DNA of 20,059 nucleotides from a virus (taxonomy: Duplodnaviria > Heunggongvirae > Uroviricota > Caudoviricetes), in the IMG/VR virus record IMGVR_UViG_2651869749_000005; one strand, 5' to 3'. Every line of letters starts with the position of its first letter. Positions within the stretch are counted from its first letter, which is position 1. The notes under the pieces were generated by a model that was not told the origin of the DNA, searched no databases, and was given only the letters and a program-made list of their open reading frames with translations. Position numbers and translations under genes: made by a program. This document shows, one piece after another, positions 9,479 to 17,704 of this stretch.

Positions 9479-9937
9479 TTACTTACGGCCCGTAAACGGG
9501 CTGCCCGGATAGGGAATCGATAACTGCTCTCCCATTTTATCCTCTTCAAGCTGGTGCTTTATGTAATCCTGTATCTTCGCCGTGTTCTTACCCACCGTAT
9601 CGACGTAATACCCTCTGCACCAGAACTCCCTGTTCCTGTATTTGAATTTCAAATCCCCAAACTGCTCGTAAAGCATCAGACTGCTTTTCCCTTTCAGATA
9701 TCCCATAAAGCCGGATACGCTCATTTTGGGCGGGATCTCCACAAGCATATGGATATGATCTGCACAGCATTCAGCTTCCAGAATCCGTACGCTTTTCCAC
9801 TCACACAGCTTTCTCAAAATACTGCCTATTGCTCTACGCTTCTCTCTGTAGAACACCTGTCTTCGGTATTTTGGCGCAAAAACTATGTGATATTTACAGT
9901 TCCATCGGGTGTGCGCTAAGCTCTTTTCGTTCCCCAT
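9479..9937 (-). CDS. tnpA: IS200 transposase TnpA (Y1 HUH transposase)
   Basis: 152-aa protein from the internal Met (MGNEKSLAHTRWNCKYHIVFAPKYRRQ...), with HIHMLVEIPP (HUH motif) and a C-terminal Tyr region; matches IS200 TnpA of Salmonella/E. coli from memory. The ORF-track N-terminal extension to 9988 is rejected. AAGGGGG SD 5 nt upstream. Confidence 0.88.
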   Translation of the reverse strand: MGNEKSLAHTRWNCKYHIVFAPKYRRQVFYREKRRAIGSILRKLCEWKSVRILEAECCADHIHMLVEIPPKMSVSGFMGYLKGKSSLMLYEQFGDLKFKYRNREFWCRGYYVDTVGKNTAKIQDYIKHQLEEDKMGEQLSIPYPGSPFTGRK

Positions 9938-10049
9938 TGGGACCCCCTTTTGATTTCTTGTTTGACACTTGCAGTTGCCAGACCGCAAGGTGTTTTAACA
10001 AATCAAAAGGGGTTTTAATAACTGGCTCAAAGCTGAAAGCTTTCCAGAA

Positions 10050-10072
10050 CCCCCAGCCTAGCTGGGGGTTTT
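10050..10072 (+). terminator. Hairpin CCCCCAGC-cta-GCTGGGGG followed by TTTT; candidate left-end IS200 terminator hairpin
   Basis: Direct reading; IS200 is known to carry a terminator-like hairpin near the left end upstream of tnpA. Confidence 0.55.
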
Positions 10073-10086
10073 CTGTGCACAATCAG

Positions 10087-10108
10087 TCAGGCCACCGCGG
10101 TGGCCTGA
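10087..10108. repeat. 22-bp perfect palindrome TCAGGCCACCGCGGTGGCCTGA
   Basis: Verified by hand as its own reverse complement; starts 8 nt downstream of the D stop codon. Confidence 0.9.
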
Positions 10109-10115
10109 TAACGTG

Positions 10116-10463
10116 TTACGGCAGCGCCGCGTGACTCAGGGCAGTGCCAGCAAAGGCATTTGCCTTTTTGTGTTCATCCACACTGTCAGGCCAGCGGATT
10201 GCCTCCGTCGCAAAGGTCCCCGACTTGTAATACGTCAGTACCGTCTCCGTGCCTTCAAGCGGCAGTACCAGTATGCCAACCGCACTACCGGCTTTCTGTC
10301 CATCCCAGACCACCAGTTTCCCGGTGGCTTCATCCAGCATCAGGGGCGTCAGAGCCGGTGTTGCAGAAGAAATCCCGCTGCTGCCTGTGGCGGTATGAGC
10401 CGGATCATTACCAGCAAAAATACGTACTTCCGCACGCTGTTCAGTGATGGTTTTCGTCACCAT
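10116..10463 (-). CDS. D: Head decoration protein D
   Basis: 115-aa ORF with PAHTATG...LTPLMLD...KLVVWDG...AVGIL...TYYKSGTF...AFAGTA, matching lambda gpD motifs (lambda D is 110 aa). Confidence 0.9.
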   Translation of the reverse strand: MVTKTITEQRAEVRIFAGNDPAHTATGSSGISSATPALTPLMLDEATGKLVVWDGQKAGSAVGILVLPLEGTETVLTYYKSGTFATEAIRWPDSVDEHKKANAFAGTALSHAALP

Positions 10464-10499
10464 TTTGTTAAAACCTCATATTGATGGTCAGCACTGACT

Positions 10500-12005
10500 T
10501 CATGGCATGGCCATGAGCATTTTCACGTCCGCATCACCGTCTGCTGACGTCTGTGACACGCCACCCCGCACCGCTGCCGGTGAATGATTCGCCATGAAAT
10601 GTTCAAACAGGGCGGTTGTGGATGCAGAGACCGGTTCGGCCTTACCTGATCCCGCAGCCAGCACAGCCCGGGCGTTCTCCACGGTCATTCCCGGGCAGGC
10701 CGCCAGTTTTTCAGCCTGCGCTTCTGCCCCTTTTGCCTCATCCAGGGTCATGATCTGATCACGAAGTGAGGGCCCGGCATTCGCCTGCGGTGAGGCAGCC
10801 AGGATCGGGCGGGCTTTTTCCACCGTCATCTCCGGCATCGCCGCAAGCGTTGCCGCCAGTTGTTCACGACCTTTCGCTTCTTCACACGCCATAATGCGCT
10901 CGGCTTCACTCTGCGCGGATGCCACCGGCTGCTGTGGTGCCGCCGCGGCCAGAATCGCCCGGGCCTGTTCAACGCTCATGCCCGGTTGCCCTGCCAGCAT
11001 CGTGGCAAGCTGTTCACGTCCTTTCGCTTCCTGGCATGTCAGGATCCCCATCACTCGCTGGTTCTCCTGCGCGGCGGCTTCCGTTGCAGTTAATTGCGGC
11101 ATAGTGCCTCCTCTGACATTACTGTTCAGCGCCGTGGCCATCACACTGATGGCATCCGACGCATTGATTAATTCATCCGCCAGCCCGGCCTCAATGCCGG
11201 ACTGACCTTCAAAAACAGCGGCCTCTGTTCCCGTGACTGCATCAACAGACAGACCGGTAAACATCGCCACTTTTTCGGCAAACATCCGGCGCGCCGCATC
11301 AATCCGCTGCTGCATGTCCTGACGCACCTCTGCCGGTAAGGCTTCAAACTGATTGCCATCCACCTTATGCGCCCCGGCGTAAATCAGCGTGATATCCACT
11401 CCGGCCTGCGCCAGATGACCGGCATAGCTGACATGACTCATCATCACGCCAATGGAGCCGATACGGGATGTCTGGGTAACCAGCCGTCGGGAGCAGGCCG
11501 ACGCCAGCAGCATGGCTGCAGAACAGGCCGTGTCATTGCACAGTGCCCAGACCGGCTTCTGCTGGCGGAGGCGGTAAATCATGTCAGCACAGTCAAACGC
11601 ACCGGCGGCCTGCCCGCCCGGACTGTCAATGTCCAGCAGTACGCCCCGCACCTGGCTATCCGCCATTGCCTGCTGAAGACAGGCGACAATGCCGTCATAG
11701 CCTGTCATTCCGGAAAATGGCCGCATCCCCCCCAGCCGGTGCACCAGCGTGCCTGTCACCGGCAGTACAGCAATACCGTTCACCACCCGGTAAACACGGG
11801 CCGGTCGTTTACCTCCGGCCATGTACTCGTCCGTTTCAGCCAGCATTCCGGGAGCATCAAGCTGTACCTGCTGTTGTGGTACCGAAAGACTTGCTGCCCC
11901 CATCTCGCGCCCGAGCGCGCAAAAGAAAACCCGCGCATAGGCGGGCTCCAGAAGCAGCGGTTCATTGAATGCTGCGGCAATAATGTGTGAAAGATTACGT
12001 CTCAC
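10500..12005 (-). CDS. C: Head maturation protease C (S49/ClpP-like) with in-frame C-terminal scaffold (Nu3-like) region
   Basis: 501-aa ORF; N-terminal two-thirds matches lambda C (AFNEPLLLEPAYARVFFCAL, GIAVLPVTGTL, MTGYDGI, VWALCNDTACSAA, SIGVMM, ITLIYAGAHKVDGN). C-terminal third holds three tandem copies of a module that lambda carries once. Confidence 0.88.
   Translation of the reverse strand: MRRNLSHIIAAAFNEPLLLEPAYARVFFCALGREMGAASLSVPQQQVQLDAPGMLAETDEYMAGGKRPARVYRVVNGIAVLPVTGTLVHRLGGMRPFSGMTGYDGIVACLQQAMADSQVRGVLLDIDSPGGQAAGAFDCADMIYRLRQQKPVWALCNDTACSAAMLLASACSRRLVTQTSRIGSIGVMMSHVSYAGHLAQAGVDITLIYAGAHKVDGNQFEALPAEVRQDMQQRIDAARRMFAEKVAMFTGLSVDAVTGTEAAVFEGQSGIEAGLADELINASDAISVMATALNSNVRGGTMPQLTATEAAAQENQRVMGILTCQEAKGREQLATMLAGQPGMSVEQARAILAAAAPQQPVASAQSEAERIMACEEAKGREQLAATLAAMPEMTVEKARPILAASPQANAGPSLRDQIMTLDEAKGAEAQAEKLAACPGMTVENARAVLAAGSGKAEPVSASTTALFEHFMANHSPAAVRGGVSQTSADGDADVKMLMAMP
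10617..11051 (-). repeat. Three tandem in-frame repeats of about 46-52 codons inside C (EAKGxE...L..A..PGMTVE.AR.ILAA)
   Basis: Protein residues about 319-370, 371-417 and 418-463 are recognisably similar; the DNA is correspondingly repetitive. Confidence 0.8.
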
Positions 12006-13587
12006 GTGGTGTTGTCTCCTCTTCCGGCCTGCGACTCTCCGCTATCTGCTGCTGATACGCCTGCGCTATCCACACCGGACGTGAGAGTCCGGCTTTTTCC
12101 CGCTCTGCAGATTCCCTGACCTGCTGGCGGAAAATGTCCTGATAATCCTCGCCCATCAGCGCCAGCTCTTTCTCATACGTGCTCAGTCCGGAATCAATAC
12201 GCATCACTGATTCCTGAACCTCCTTGAGCCCGTCAATGGCCATTCTTCCGGCACCAATCCACTCAGCCCGCGACCAGGCTGAACGCGCCTGATAAAAATC
12301 AAAACGCGCCCGTGGCGGACGAATAATCCCCCGCAGAAGTGCCTCTTCCAGCCAGCAGGAAAACATCTGCGTGGCCAGCCGGGACGCTATAAATTTTCGT
12401 CGTCCCATAAAATAGCGCCACGACTCATTGGCGGAGGCACGGGCACTTGAATAACTGACCTTCGAGTAATCACGGGACAACTGTTCGTAGGAAACGCCAA
12501 GACCGGCGGCGATATACCTCAGCAGCGCCTGTTCAAGCGCCGAAAATCCATTGTCTGAATCCTGCGCAGTCTGCAGTTTCAGATCATCCCCGGGGAAAAG
12601 GTGCGGAATTTTGACACCACCCAGCGTCACGTTATTCGTGTCATACCAGCTGGAGAACTTCTCCAGAATATTAATAAGCGGATTATCCTTCTGCCCCTGC
12701 GGCGCACCGGCGATATATTCAAAGGCCTTTTCGGTATCAAGTTCACTTTCAATCGTCGCTGCATACATCGCCTTAACAATGGCTGACTGAAGCTGTGTTG
12801 CCTGCAGGGAATCGAGCATCTTCAGCCGTTCCATGACGCTGTAAAACTGGTTGGCCCCACGGGTCTGCCCGTCCTCCACCGGCTCGAAAATATGCAGCAT
12901 GGCCGGACGCCCGGTGGGAAGTTCACGCGGGATCCGTTCCCATCGTCCACTACCAGAGAACGGAAAATCATCCTCACAGATATGGTACCCAACGGCACGC
13001 CCATATCGATCGACCTCCACCCCGGCCCGCAGAAAACGGTTCCCGATACCATGTCCTGGCGTGTCCACCCGTTTCGGACTCACGGCTTTAAAACGCGTAC
13101 GAAACAGTTGCGTGCTCTCCGTATCCCAGACCGGCTGCACAAAGATTTCGCCGTTAAACGCATGAACGCCCACACCTTCACGGATAAATTCCGTAAACGT
13201 GCGTTTCCCTTCCACGTCGATCTCACCAAACATCCCTTCTGCGTATTCTGACCAGGCCGCCTCCACCTCATCGACAAAACTTTTTGCCGCGGTCTCCCGC
13301 ATCCCCAGCCAGCGCCAGTTCGGGCGGTAGCTGATAAGAAACATATGCCCGACAATGTGATCCTTATGCAGGGCCACCGCATTGGCCGCTATCCCGTTAT
13401 TGCGCACCAGATCATCTGCACGGGCATTCCCCAGACGCAACGCGGGCAGCAGGGCCGCATCGGCACTCTGCGAAGGTGGCAACCACTCTGCCATTTGCCC
13501 GCCAAATCCTGCACCGCCCCCGTTGTAGCTGAGACTCTCCCGAAGCGGAACGCCGTTCACATCAATCAGGACAGGCTTTCGTTTCAT
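11995..13587 (-). CDS. B: Portal protein B
   Basis: 530-aa ORF (lambda B is 533 aa) in the lambda position between W and C; overlaps W and C ends. Confidence 0.9.
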   Translation of the reverse strand: MKRKPVLIDVNGVPLRESLSYNGGGAGFGGQMAEWLPPSQSADAALLPALRLGNARADDLVRNNGIAANAVALHKDHIVGHMFLISYRPNWRWLGMRETAAKSFVDEVEAAWSEYAEGMFGEIDVEGKRTFTEFIREGVGVHAFNGEIFVQPVWDTESTQLFRTRFKAVSPKRVDTPGHGIGNRFLRAGVEVDRYGRAVGYHICEDDFPFSGSGRWERIPRELPTGRPAMLHIFEPVEDGQTRGANQFYSVMERLKMLDSLQATQLQSAIVKAMYAATIESELDTEKAFEYIAGAPQGQKDNPLINILEKFSSWYDTNNVTLGGVKIPHLFPGDDLKLQTAQDSDNGFSALEQALLRYIAAGLGVSYEQLSRDYSKVSYSSARASANESWRYFMGRRKFIASRLATQMFSCWLEEALLRGIIRPPRARFDFYQARSAWSRAEWIGAGRMAIDGLKEVQESVMRIDSGLSTYEKELALMGEDYQDIFRQQVRESAEREKAGLSRPVWIAQAYQQQIAESRRPEEETTPRET

Positions 13588-13790
13588 AACCTCACTCCCA
13601 GCGGACGACGGCGACGGCGGGTTGTCCCCAGTACCAACTCAGCATCATTGATCGCACGGTTAAGCTCATCCAGAGAGGCCGCCGTATATTCAATTCTGCG
13701 ACCATCTTTCTGGACAGACACCACCCGTTTACCAGTTAATAAATCAAGGCGCGCCTGACGCAGCGCCTGCAGTTCAGCGACTGTAACCAT
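13584..13790 (-). CDS. W: Head-tail joining protein W
   Basis: 68-aa ORF (lambda W is 68 aa); LTGKRVVSVQKDGRRIEYTAASL resembles lambda W [22 protein letters not shown]. Confidence 0.88.
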   Translation of the reverse strand: MVTVAELQALRQARLDLLTGKRVVSVQKDGRRIEYTAASLDELNRAINDAELVLGTTRRRRRPLGVRL

Positions 13791-15702
13791 TCACTCCTCC
13801 GGACAGCTTCGCTGCCAGTTCTTTAAGGGTTGGCCGGGTCGTCTCTTCTTCCCGGGATTTTGCCAGTACAGCCAGATCAAGCTGCCAGCGTTGCACGGAC
13901 ACACGTAATGCCGCGTAGGCATACACCAGGCAGTCCAGCGCTTCGTTACGCCGCTTTTTGTTATCCCACAGCAGACGCATCTTTCCTTTTTCCCACTTCT
14001 CCACAAGCTCTTCCGCGACCAGTTGCTGTGCCTCTGTCTGCGAAAAAATCTCCGGATCATCAGGAAAACGGATGGCATACAACGTGGCTTCATCCACAGG
14101 CGTGGGATCGGCTTTCATACGGGCATAGAGAATTTCTTTTGCGGTGTCCGTCCCCACTTCACACAGATACACGCCCCGCTGATTGCGGGTTTTTGGCATG
14201 GTGATCACCGGCTTGCCATAGACAGATGCGCCTTTTACCGGCAGCACCCGGAAAACACCGTGTTTTTTTGACCTCTGATAAACGATTTCGCCATCGATCC
14301 CCCCGGTGTCCCAGCAGACACGGGAAATGGTCATTTCGGTGCCATCCGCATGGCGGTATTTTTTGTTGATCGCCGCGTCCACACGTAACAGCGTCTCTTC
14401 CTCATCGGGACGCCCCATAATGATGATTTTATCCACCAGAAAGGCTTCCTCTCCCGGAGCCCATCCCCAGACATACATCTCAAAACGGTTTCGCTGCGAG
14501 TCAATGCCCGCCGTCAGATAAACCACCCGGACAGGTACCGCCGCCGTGTAATGAACAACCTTATCCATCAGCACCTGGTGATCGAGTTTTTCGCCCACGG
14601 CCTCTTCCCAGGTTTCGCCCAGCGTGGTGTTCACAAAGGTTTTCACGCCGTTGGGATCTTTCAGTGCATCCAGCCAGTCATAGACTATCTGTACCCAGGT
14701 GGTAAACGGACTGTACGCCGTCCAGATATGGAACGTGATGGAGCGCGGCGGCGGAATTTCATCACCCCGGGCGCTGAAAAACGTCAGGCCGTCACGGGTC
14801 CACATACCCGTATTTTCACAGATCCACCGCCCGTTACTCTGGTCCAGTTCAGACTGATGAATCACACAGCCATGATGCTCACAAAGGTAGAAAACGCTTT
14901 CGGGGCAGTCCTTCTCCCATTTAAGCCCAAAAGGCGTGGACTCATCGCCAAATTTCAGATACTGCTCCTCCCCACAGTGCGGGCAGGGCACATAAAAACG
15001 CATAAAATGCGCCGACTCGTTGGCCGCTTTTTCGATCTGGCAGGTGCCTTTGATTTTAGGCGTCGAGCCGCGAATGGATTTTGGCCATACAGAGCCCTCA
15101 ATACGCTTATCCCCCAGCAGGGTTGGCGAGCCCTCTTTTTCGACATCCGGCTCGAACGAGGAAAGCTCGTCATAGCAGACCACGTCCACGGATTTTTCAC
15201 GGTAGTTTTTTGCTGCCGCACCACCCAGGCACCAGAAACCCACACGTGACGTAAACCTTTTTAATGTCAGCGTGTTATCCCTGTGCTTACGCCCCAGCCA
15301 GGGGGAAAGAATTTTCAGACAGGGAACATCCCGTAATGTCGACTCCACATGAGACTTCATAAAATCTTCAGCGGCAGAATCCGTAGGCTGAAACAGAAGA
15401 CTGTTACGATTTTTATGCTCAATAAAGTAACCAATAACGCCCATCAGCATTTTGGTGTAACCGACACGAGCTGATTTTATAAGATTAATCGTGCGGATCC
15501 GGTCATTACCCATGCAGTTCATTATTGCCACCTGAAACGGCAACGTCTTCCACCGCCCGGCAAGATAAGAAGACTCCGGAGGTAAATAATAATTTTGATC
15601 AGCCCATTCAACGGTGGTGACAGGCAGTGGGCGTAAAAGACCGCGAAGTGCCACGCTACAAACAACAGCAAAGTTATTTAGCTGCTTCTCTGAGGTATTC
15701 AT
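13774..15702 (-). CDS. A: Terminase large subunit A
   Basis: 642-aa ORF (lambda A is 641 aa); [25 protein letters not shown] (ATPase region), [14 protein letters not shown] and WDTGGID motifs match lambda gpA. Confidence 0.93.
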   Translation of the reverse strand: MNTSEKQLNNFAVVCSVALRGLLRPLPVTTVEWADQNYYLPPESSYLAGRWKTLPFQVAIMNCMGNDRIRTINLIKSARVGYTKMLMGVIGYFIEHKNRNSLLFQPTDSAAEDFMKSHVESTLRDVPCLKILSPWLGRKHRDNTLTLKRFTSRVGFWCLGGAAAKNYREKSVDVVCYDELSSFEPDVEKEGSPTLLGDKRIEGSVWPKSIRGSTPKIKGTCQIEKAANESAHFMRFYVPCPHCGEEQYLKFGDESTPFGLKWEKDCPESVFYLCEHHGCVIHQSELDQSNGRWICENTGMWTRDGLTFFSARGDEIPPPRSITFHIWTAYSPFTTWVQIVYDWLDALKDPNGVKTFVNTTLGETWEEAVGEKLDHQVLMDKVVHYTAAVPVRVVYLTAGIDSQRNRFEMYVWGWAPGEEAFLVDKIIIMGRPDEEETLLRVDAAINKKYRHADGTEMTISRVCWDTGGIDGEIVYQRSKKHGVFRVLPVKGASVYGKPVITMPKTRNQRGVYLCEVGTDTAKEILYARMKADPTPVDEATLYAIRFPDDPEIFSQTEAQQLVAEELVEKWEKGKMRLLWDNKKRRNEALDCLVYAYAALRVSVQRWQLDLAVLAKSREEETTRPTLKELAAKLSGGVNGYSR

Positions 15703-16222
15703 CCAGCATCTCCGGTAACTTCTCTGCCGTTGATGCGCATCGGTTTGCCGCCTTTGCTATATCGGTTTTCAGGAAATCAAGCATGGCGGGCGTCAGTGCC
15801 GGAAACTGTCTCTGCATGGACAATGGAATGGAGTCAAGAATGGCAGAGATCTCCTGCGCCAGTCTTCCCAGAGCAAAAAGGCAAAACCCTGTATCAATGA
15901 CCTGTCCACTGTCACGGGCATTTTTCAGTTCCTGTGCATCTGCCTGTGCCTTCGTCAGTCGGTAGCGTTCGTAATCAATGGTGCCGGGCTGAAGGTCAGA
16001 TTCACTGGCAGCCCTCAAGTCTTCGACCTCTTTACGGAGTTTTTCATTTTCAATATCAGCTTCGCGCTGCGCATACCATTCGATCGCCTTCGCAGAATCA
16101 AAGATGACCTCAACGCCTTTTCCTCCACCAGATATCTGAGGGAGCCCCTGGGTTTGCCAGCGATCAATCGTGCGTATATCGACATTAAAAATTTCAGCAA
16201 GCTTCTTTTTATTAACATTCAT
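15674..16222 (-). CDS. Nu1: Terminase small subunit Nu1
   Basis: 182-aa [59 protein letters not shown] closely parallels lambda Nu1 (181 aa); AAGGA SD 9 nt upstream; cos lies immediately upstream. Confidence 0.93.
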   Translation of the reverse strand: MNVNKKKLAEIFNVDIRTIDRWQTQGLPQISGGGKGVEVIFDSAKAIEWYAQREADIENEKLRKEVEDLRAASESDLQPGTIDYERYRLTKAQADAQELKNARDSGQVIDTGFCLFALGRLAQEISAILDSIPLSMQRQFPALTPAMLDFLKTDIAKAANRCASTAEKLPEMLDEYLREAAK

Positions 16223-16450
16223 TCAGCAATTCCTTATCAAAAATCAGTTACGACATGAAATGCCAAAAAAAAACAGATTTTTCATCATTCTGATGTCGTT
16301 TCTTTCTTGATAGTTATTTATTTAAAAACAATACGTTAATAACAAGAAGAACTGACATGCTTTTTCCCGGAAAATTTTCATAAATAGCGAAAACCCGCGA
16401 GGTCGCCGCCCCGTAACCTGTCGGATCGCCGGAAAGGACCCACGAAAATG
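16223..16450 (-). promoter_or_regulatory. cos: cos packaging site: cosB (16223-16399), cosN cohesive end (16400-16411), cosQ-like flank (16412-16445)
   Basis: Reverse complement of 16367-16411 is GGGCGGCGACCTCGCGGGTTTTCGCTATTTATGAAAATTTTCCGG, identical to the first 45 nt of lambda as I recall. Reverse complement of 16412-16445 (CGTGGGTCCTTTCCGGCGATCCGACAGGTTACGG) matches the lambda right end. Confidence 0.9.
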
Positions 16451-16618
16451 ATAATAATTATCATCTACATGAGGTTTATCACGACATGTGTGTACGCCAT
16501 CAAACCACGAGAAATAATCAATTATTACGCAGGTATCGTATTAATTGATCTGCATCAAATTAGCGTAAAAGCAACATCAGATAATACAAATCAGCAACAC
16601 TGAATACGGGGCAACATT

Positions 16619-16843
16619 ATGTCATCAAAGAACAGAACCCGCAGAACAACAACCCGCAACATCCGATTTCCAAACCAGATAATTGAACAAATTAACATCG
16701 CTCTTGACCTGAAAGGTTCAGGTAATTTTTCAGCGTGGGTTATTGAAGCCTGCAGAAGAAGATTAATTAATGAAAAATATTCTCAATTTGTACCCAACAA
16801 AGACAAACACGACCAGAGCACCTGTTCAGACAGGTTTACTTAA
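16619..16843 (+). CDS. Small ribbon-helix-helix-like DNA-binding protein (possibly DUF3950-type; unverified)
   Basis: 74-aa plus-strand ORF; basic N-terminus, then RNIRFPNQIIEQINIALDLKGSGNFSAWVIEACRRRL, which fits a beta-strand/helix/G-x-S/helix RHH fold; GGGG 8 nt upstream of the ATG; followed by an intrinsic terminator. Confidence 0.6.
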   Translation: MSSKNRTRRTTTRNIRFPNQIIEQINIALDLKGSGNFSAWVIEACRRRLINEKYSQFVPNKDKHDQSTCSDRFT

Positions 16844-16861
16844 ACGACTTATATATGACAC

Positions 16862-16890
16862 AAAAAGCGACCACTAAAGTCGCTTTTTCT
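16862..16890. terminator. Bidirectional intrinsic terminator between the convergent RHH and perC-like genes
   Basis: AAAAAGCGAC-cactaaa-GTCGCTTTTTCTT: 6-bp GC-rich stem flanked by an A-run and a T-run. Confidence 0.75.
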
Positions 16891-16924
16891 TATGGTAACA
16901 GGCAATAACTCTCTCAGATATTTT

Positions 16925-17239
16925 TTAGCATTTTTTTGACCGCGCGTTTCCGGACGTATTCTGTTCTCCTGTCCCTTTATATCGTCGGAATACCCGCCGC
17001 TCTTCAAATCCCATTCCCAACTCAGAATGTAGTCTGTTGACCGCTTGTTTTATTTCGGTCAGGTTCACCGGTGAAACCGGAGTCCGGCGCGCCTTACGCA
17101 AACACTCTGCTCGTTTCTGTGCCGCCACTTTTCTTTTCTGGTCATCACTTAGCTGTACCATCACTTTTGCCCATCGTTCAGCTGCTCTCCGGTACAGTCC
17201 TTTTTTCTCCAGACATTCTGCCACGTGATCATGTAGCAT
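16925..17239 (-). CDS. PerC-family transcriptional regulator homolog (Pch-like)
   Basis: 104-aa ORF MLHDHVAECLEKKGLYRRAAERWAKVM...; the LE.KG.WRRAA.RW signature matches my recollection of PerC/Pch regulators of EPEC/EHEC. Strong GGAGG SD 6 nt upstream; preceded by a roughly 460-bp AT-rich leader. Confidence 0.65.
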   Translation of the reverse strand: MLHDHVAECLEKKGLYRRAAERWAKVMVQLSDDQKRKVAAQKRAECLRKARRTPVSPVNLTEIKQAVNRLHSELGMGFEERRVFRRYKGTGEQNTSGNARSKKC

Positions 17240-17704
17240 AAGTGACCTCCGATTATCTACAGACTGCCATCCTGAATTTACCTTCCCTTAATGAAATAAC
17301 AATAAAAAACAAACCACGCAAAAACAATAAAACAACACACAAAAAAAACTAAATAATAAACAAAAATAATCACCTTATTTTATTATTTTTTGAGGGAGCA
17401 ATTACTGAACAAAAAACGCTGACTATATACTCAAAACCAAACAACTATTCTGCCAATCAGGTATCATGGCAACACACGGAATTACCGTGTTTTTGCCTTC
17501 TCTGCCCATACAATACGGGCATATACTTCATTCTCTATTGTAATATTTCTATCCATGTGCCCCACTCCATTTACCTGTAAATAATATTCAAAATATTTAT
17601 CACAGAAATCGTTTTTGGCCATGAACTGAGCACACTATAAAGTCCGGAACTGACTCTTTGTTAAATTACCTTAACGTTACCAGTAACACCTTCATAACAA
17701 AACA

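Larger units (their letters stand above)
9370..10085 (-). mobile_element. IS200-type (IS200/IS605 family) insertion sequence between D and E; boundaries approximate (about 25 bp either way)
   Basis: Contains a Y1/HUH transposase ORF plus flanking hairpins. Lambda has only a short D-E intergenic region, so about 700 bp of extra DNA here fits the roughly 0.7-kb size of IS200. Confidence 0.7.

Noticed and set aside
9938-9988. N-terminal extension of the IS200 transposase ORF (MRSGNCKCQTRNQKGVP...)
   Set aside because: IS200 TnpA starts at MG(N/D)EKSLAHTRW and has an SD in front of that Met; the extension is an open-frame artefact.
17466-17546. 26-codon plus-strand ORF (MATHGITVFLPSLPIQYGHILHSLL) in the perC-like leader
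   Set aside because: Weak RBS and no supporting context; the minus-strand uORF on the opposite strand is the better-supported candidate.
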